From assembly GCF_030013595.1 (NCBI RefSeq), contig NZ_CP122770.1: a DNA stretch of 64,000 bases. One strand, written 5' to 3'. The notes under the pieces are model-generated. The model saw only the letters and a program-made list of their open reading frames with translations, made no database searches and had not been told where the DNA came from. Each line of letters begins with the position of its first letter. The stretch's first letter is position 1. Made by a program: the position numbers and the translations under genes. This document shows, in pieces, positions 59,852-64,000 of the stretch. Source of the stretch: Escherichia coli. GTDB taxonomy: Bacteria > Pseudomonadota > Gammaproteobacteria > Enterobacterales > Enterobacteriaceae.

Positions 59852-60466
59852 ATGTTAATCCAAAATATTGATGTTAACGCTCTGAAGAAAAATGAGAAAG
59901 AAACGTCTCATGACAAAGGCTGGGGTATTATGGAACAGGGTGCAATAGCACTTGTTGTAATTATCGTACTTGCCCTTGTTTTTGGTGGATTGTATATGTT
60001 GCGTTCACGAACCGGTGTGGCAAATGAAAGTTCGAACATACAGACAATCATCACAAGTACTCAGGGGCTGCTAAAAGGTAGCGATGGATATACGTTTACC
60101 AGTGGAGCCAAAATGACGGGTGCTCTCATTCAGATGGGTGGCGTACCCAAGACCATGACAGTGCGTGGTACTCCATCATCAGGTACAGCAACGCTCTATA
60201 ACTCATGGGGCGGTGCCGTAACTGTTGCTCCGGCTTCAACATCAGGTTTCAACAATGGTTTTACCGTCACCTATGAAAAAGTCCCACAGGATGCCTGTAT
60301 CCAGATTGCCACACAAATCAGTCGTACTGGTTTAACTAACGGTATTACCCTGAACAGTACGACTCACAATGATGGAAAAGTCACTACTGAAGAAGCCAGT
60401 GCGCAATGCACAGCTGATAATGGCAGCACCGGTACAAACAAACTAATCTTCACCATCAATGGCTAA
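59852..60466 (+). CDS. pilS: PilS type IVb prepilin (major pilin)
   Basis: 204 aa; leader then hydrophobic GAIALVVIIVLALVFGGLYML. Confidence 0.8.
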   Translation: MLIQNIDVNALKKNEKETSHDKGWGIMEQGAIALVVIIVLALVFGGLYMLRSRTGVANESSNIQTIITSTQGLLKGSDGYTFTSGAKMTGALIQMGGVPKTMTVRGTPSSGTATLYNSWGGAVTVAPASTSGFNNGFTVTYEKVPQDACIQIATQISRTGLTNGITLNSTTHNDGKVTTEEASAQCTADNGSTGTNKLIFTING

Positions 60467-60475
60467 GGAGTTTTA

Positions 60476-61036
60476 ATGTCCGGGGGTAAAGTGCCCCTCA
60501 GACTTATTTCATTAATCCTGCTTTGTTCTCTTATTTATCCCGCCCGAGCTTCATACATCGCCCCCAAACAAATCTGGACTAACAAGTGGGACAATTGCTT
60601 TGCCGCCGCCGGCGCACGCTATCAAATTGAACCATTATTGTTGAAGGCCATTTCTGCCGGGGAATCTTCATTGAAGCCGGGCGCAATTAACATAAATAAG
60701 GACAGAAAAACAGGCAAAGCCAGTAGTACGGATTATGGGTTGATGCAAATAAACTCAACCCATATTCCAAAGCTTATAAAGATGGGCGTAATCAAAAAGT
60801 CTGAGGATTTAATTACCAAACCATGTCTTAATATCCATATAGGAAGCTGGATACTGGCAAGACATTTTCAGATATGTGGCGTCAGCTGGAATTGCCTTGG
60901 ATCATACAATGCCGGATTCCGTAAGGACAGACATGAAACAAGAGAGCAATATGCTAATAAAGTATGGAGAATTTATCGTGACATGAAAGGGATATGCCTT
61001 CCCGGGCAGGGAGGCAGACAATGCAGACAATCGTAG
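60476..61036 (+). CDS. pilT: PilT lytic transglycosylase
   Basis: 186 aa; signal peptide; SLT motif AISAGESS. Confidence 0.8.
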   Translation: MSGGKVPLRLISLILLCSLIYPARASYIAPKQIWTNKWDNCFAAAGARYQIEPLLLKAISAGESSLKPGAININKDRKTGKASSTDYGLMQINSTHIPKLIKMGVIKKSEDLITKPCLNIHIGSWILARHFQICGVSWNCLGSYNAGFRKDRHETREQYANKVWRIYRDMKGICLPGQGGRQCRQS

Positions 61037-61677
61037 GCATAAGTCTCTCCCCTGTTTATATCCTCCCATTGATGTTCATATTTTCCATTATTGGACGAAC
61101 TCTGTTATTCAGAGTTCGTTATTTTTTATCTGATACAGAACATCTCTGGTATAAGACACACACTGCAGTTCTGTCAGGAATATGGCTATATAGTATAGCT
61201 GTGGCATTAATTATTTTATCGCCATCCCAACTTCTCTACCGTATTCATGCTGTTCTTATTCTTTCGTTCATGCTGCAAATGGCAGTAACGGATGCACTAA
61301 CAGGCCTCTTACCGGGTACATTCACCAGGCGTTTTTTAATCGCTGGAATATTATCACAAATCACAACTGATATATGGTGGCTCCGTGCAACAGAAATTGT
61401 CTCTGCCGCAATTGTCTTATTCTGTCTGCATAAACTGGTTAACCGCCATCGTCTTAATATTGGCACAGGAGACCTGTGGCTTATTGCAGGTATTACCGCA
61501 TGGTCAGGGCTATATAACGCCATATGGAGTGTGTTGCTGGGCGCAGGAGGATTTGTCTTATGGCATTCAACATGGTGCATAAAAGGACATAAAGAAGGCC
61601 CACTGGGTCCATGGCTGTGTCTTGGCCATGTCCTTTTGCTACTGGATAATCTTTATCAACCACTATGGGTAATCTGA
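61021..61677 (+). CDS. pilU: PilU prepilin peptidase
   Basis: 218 aa from ATG at 61021; multi-TM. Confidence 0.75.
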   Translation: MQTIVGISLSPVYILPLMFIFSIIGRTLLFRVRYFLSDTEHLWYKTHTAVLSGIWLYSIAVALIILSPSQLLYRIHAVLILSFMLQMAVTDALTGLLPGTFTRRFLIAGILSQITTDIWWLRATEIVSAAIVLFCLHKLVNRHRLNIGTGDLWLIAGITAWSGLYNAIWSVLLGAGGFVLWHSTWCIKGHKEGPLGPWLCLGHVLLLLDNLYQPLWVI

Positions 61678-63101
61678 TGAAAAAATATGACCGAGGCTGG
61701 GCATCGCTGGAAATTGGCGCGGCTTTATTGATTGTTATGATCATAGTTGCCTGGGGAGCAGGCATATGGCAGGACTATTTAAAAACCAAAGGTTGGCAGG
61801 CTGAAGCTCGTCTTGTCAGCAACTGGGCCAGTGCAGCCCGCTCTTATATAGGGAAAAACTACACAACTCTCCAGGCAAGTAGTACCACATCAACCCCTGC
61901 CGTTATCACGACAACCATGCTGAAAAATACCGGCTTTTTGTCCAGCGGCTTTATTGAGACAAACAGCGAGGGGCAGCGGTTACAGGCATATGTAGTTCGA
62001 AACGCCCAAAACCCGGAATTACTACAGGCAATGGTTGTATCCAGTGGTGGCACCCCTTATCCAGTGAAAGCACTTATCCAGATGGCTAAGGATATTACCA
62101 CTGGTCTTGGTGGATATATCCAGGACGGCAAAACAGCCACAGGTGCATTACGTTCCTGGTCAGTAGCTTTAAGTAATTATGGTGCCAAAAGCGGTAACGG
62201 GCATATTGCCGTACTGTTATCGACAGATGAACTTAGTGGTGCAGCAGAGGACACTGATCGTCTTTACAGATTCCAGGTCAATGGTCGCCCTGACTTAAAC
62301 AAAATGCACACGGCCATTGATATGGGATCAAATAACCTGAATAACATTGGGGCAGTAAATGCCCAGACTGGTAATTTCAGCGGCAATGTGAATGGTGTAA
62401 ATGGCACTTTCAGCGGTCAGGTAAAAGGCAATAGCGGAAACTTTGACGTAAATGTCACCGCTGGCGGTGATATCAGAAGTAATAATGGTTGGTTAATTAC
62501 TCGTAACAGCAAAGGCTGGCTCAATGAAACTCACGGTGGCGGATTTTATATGTCCGACGGATCATGGGTTCGAAGTGTAAACAACAAGGGCATCTATACC
62601 GGCGGTCAGGTGAAAGGCGGTACTGTTCGGGCTGATGGTCGCCTTTATACTGGTGAATACTTACAACTGGAAAGAACTGCCGTTGCTGGCGCATCATGTT
62701 CGCCTAACGGCCTTGTAGGCCGCGATAATACAGGGGCAATACTTTCGTGCCAATCCGGTACGTGGAAGACTTCTGGTTCGCTCAATGGTTCTTACACAAA
62801 CTTAGGTTCACATAGAGGTTCATTCTCAGGGCGGAATTCAGGGGGCAGTACATTGTTTATTTATGCATCTGGAGGTAATGGAGGATCTGCCGGAGGTGCA
62901 TGTGCAAATACATCCCGACTGCAGGGATATGTTGGTGGGACGCTAATTAGCGTGAATGCCAGTAATAACCCTGCATATGGAAAAACAGCCTTTATCAGCT
63001 TTGCTGTACCTGCAGGTACTTCCTATCAGATAACATCCTATCCAACAGAAAATACATCATGTGGTGCCGGGGTATTTTCAGTATTTGGATATCAAACTTA
63101 A
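61665..63101 (+). CDS. pilV: PilV minor pilin/adhesin with shufflon-encoded C-terminus (start may be ATG 61677)
   Basis: Prepilin-like N-terminus; first sfx repeat inside ORF at 62747-62765; Gly-rich variable C-terminus. Confidence 0.85.
   Translation: MGNLMKKYDRGWASLEIGAALLIVMIIVAWGAGIWQDYLKTKGWQAEARLVSNWASAARSYIGKNYTTLQASSTTSTPAVITTTMLKNTGFLSSGFIETNSEGQRLQAYVVRNAQNPELLQAMVVSSGGTPYPVKALIQMAKDITTGLGGYIQDGKTATGALRSWSVALSNYGAKSGNGHIAVLLSTDELSGAAEDTDRLYRFQVNGRPDLNKMHTAIDMGSNNLNNIGAVNAQTGNFSGNVNGVNGTFSGQVKGNSGNFDVNVTAGGDIRSNNGWLITRNSKGWLNETHGGGFYMSDGSWVRSVNNKGIYTGGQVKGGTVRADGRLYTGEYLQLERTAVAGASCSPNGLVGRDNTGAILSCQSGTWKTSGSLNGSYTNLGSHRGSFSGRNSGGSTLFIYASGGNGGSAGGACANTSRLQGYVGGTLISVNASNNPAYGKTAFISFAVPAGTSYQITSYPTENTSCGAGVFSVFGYQT
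62747..62765 (+). repeat. Shufflon 19-bp recombination repeat (sfx) 1
   Basis: gtgccaatccggtacgtgg. Confidence 0.85.
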
Positions 63102-63300
63102 TTGAGCGTTACACACGACGCAATACAACCTGTCTTATGCTCGTATTTGTACCATTTGCGTGAACCTGCTGGGCTCTCAACTACCTGGCAGTAGTGGGCA
63201 TCCTCTGCGTTGCCCACTCTGGCAATGGCACAGAAGTCGAATTGCCCCAGATAACCTGTGGTGGAAAGCTGAGTAACTTTGAGTTTTCCACCTATTGTCC

Positions 63301-63319
63301 CCACGTACCGGATTGGCAC
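63301..63319 (-). repeat. Shufflon sfx repeat 2 (inverted)
   Basis: Reverse complement identical to repeat 1. Confidence 0.85.
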
Positions 63320-63327
63320 GTAGGCCA

Positions 63328-63346
63328 GTGCCAATCCGGTCGGTGG
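63328..63346 (+). repeat. Shufflon sfx repeat 3
   Basis: gtgccaatccggtcggtgg (2 mismatches to repeat 1). Confidence 0.8.
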
Positions 63347-63801
63347 TCAGGGGGTAATAAAATTAATTACTCAGCATGTAATTGGTACAAATCATCCGTA
63401 GCAATGAATCACTTTATCGGCGGTAAGAGTGGTGGTTCGATCTATTACAAGCCGATTCAATGTCCGACTGGATACATTATGACTGGAACACGCATGTACG
63501 GTATTGGTGATGGTGTTGATGAGGAACATGTCGATGCCTACTGTTGCCCCTTTAATTAAGCTCCAGCACCAGGAAGATTGAGGCATGTGACTGATATGGT
63601 CCCACCAGACTCATAATTTCCCCAAGCATAATTACTCACATACCAAACGTTGTTTTGGTCGGAATATACCTGTTGAAAACCACCAAAGGGTGAGCCATTC
63701 AGGTAAGTCCATGAGCAATATGCATGGACCCCGAGCCTTAAATTACGAGTGTTTTTAGCTATGTTGTAGGTCTGCGTTGTGAATTGAATTTTAGGAGCGC
63801 C

Positions 63802-63820
63802 CCAGGTACCGGATTGGCAC
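63802..63820 (-). repeat. Shufflon sfx repeat 4 (inverted)
   Basis: Reverse complement gtgccaatccggtacctgg; followed by same spacer gtaggccag. Confidence 0.8.
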
Positions 63821-64000
63821 GTAGGCCAGCAGCGCCAGCAATTTAATCTCAGTTCTGACACGCGACGACATAACTACATTTTCCGGTTAAATCAGCTCTA
63901 AATGTCCCTTTATGGAAATTGTATTCATCATAAAAACCACATTTAACAATTCGATTTGCATCATAAGTTGCAACTGATCCTGCAAAGTAATTCGGCTTCC

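Larger units (their letters stand above)
62747..63850. other. Shufflon: at least two invertible segments carrying alternative pilV C-terminal exons; continues beyond window
   Basis: Alternating-orientation sfx repeats; in-frame alternative C-termini 63347-63559 (+) and 63556-63801 (-). Confidence 0.8.

Noticed and set aside
63098-63334. 78-aa minus-strand ORF as an independent gene downstream of pilV
   Set aside because: It reads through sfx repeat 2 and has the composition of a PilV C-terminal segment, so it is a shufflon exon (currently out of frame), not a free-standing gene.

Overview
This window reads as most of an IncI1-type conjugative plasmid backbone (R64/ColIb-P9-like), identified by eye from the translated ORFs; no database search was run. 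In order: trbABC; nikB-nikA with oriT (17-bp inverted repeat); a ~19-kb leading region on the minus strand (ardA, psiA-psiB, ParB-like, ssb, klcA/ardB-like, orphan methyltransferase, many unknown ORFs) punctuated by two families of long GC-rich hairpin repeats that look like single-strand promoters; SOS-regulated impCAB; two partition systems and a tyrosine recombinase; a colicin Ia-like gene with immunity; relBE-like TA; repY-repZ replicon with Inc antisense hairpin; traAB and the thin-pilus cluster pilL-pilV ending in a shufflon. Three mobile elements interrupt this backbone: a tnpB-only IS200/IS605-type element between ardA and psiA, a group II intron abutting a leading-region repeat, and an IS66-family element with 8-bp target duplications splitting a small gene. 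Candidates for undescribed biology are the unannotated leading-region ORFs, an Rpn-like gene with an orphan C-terminal-domain homologue, a two-gene operon at 34.3-35.2 kb and an AT-rich acyltransferase islet. Two frameshifts (parM, shufflon segment) both sit at homopolymers.
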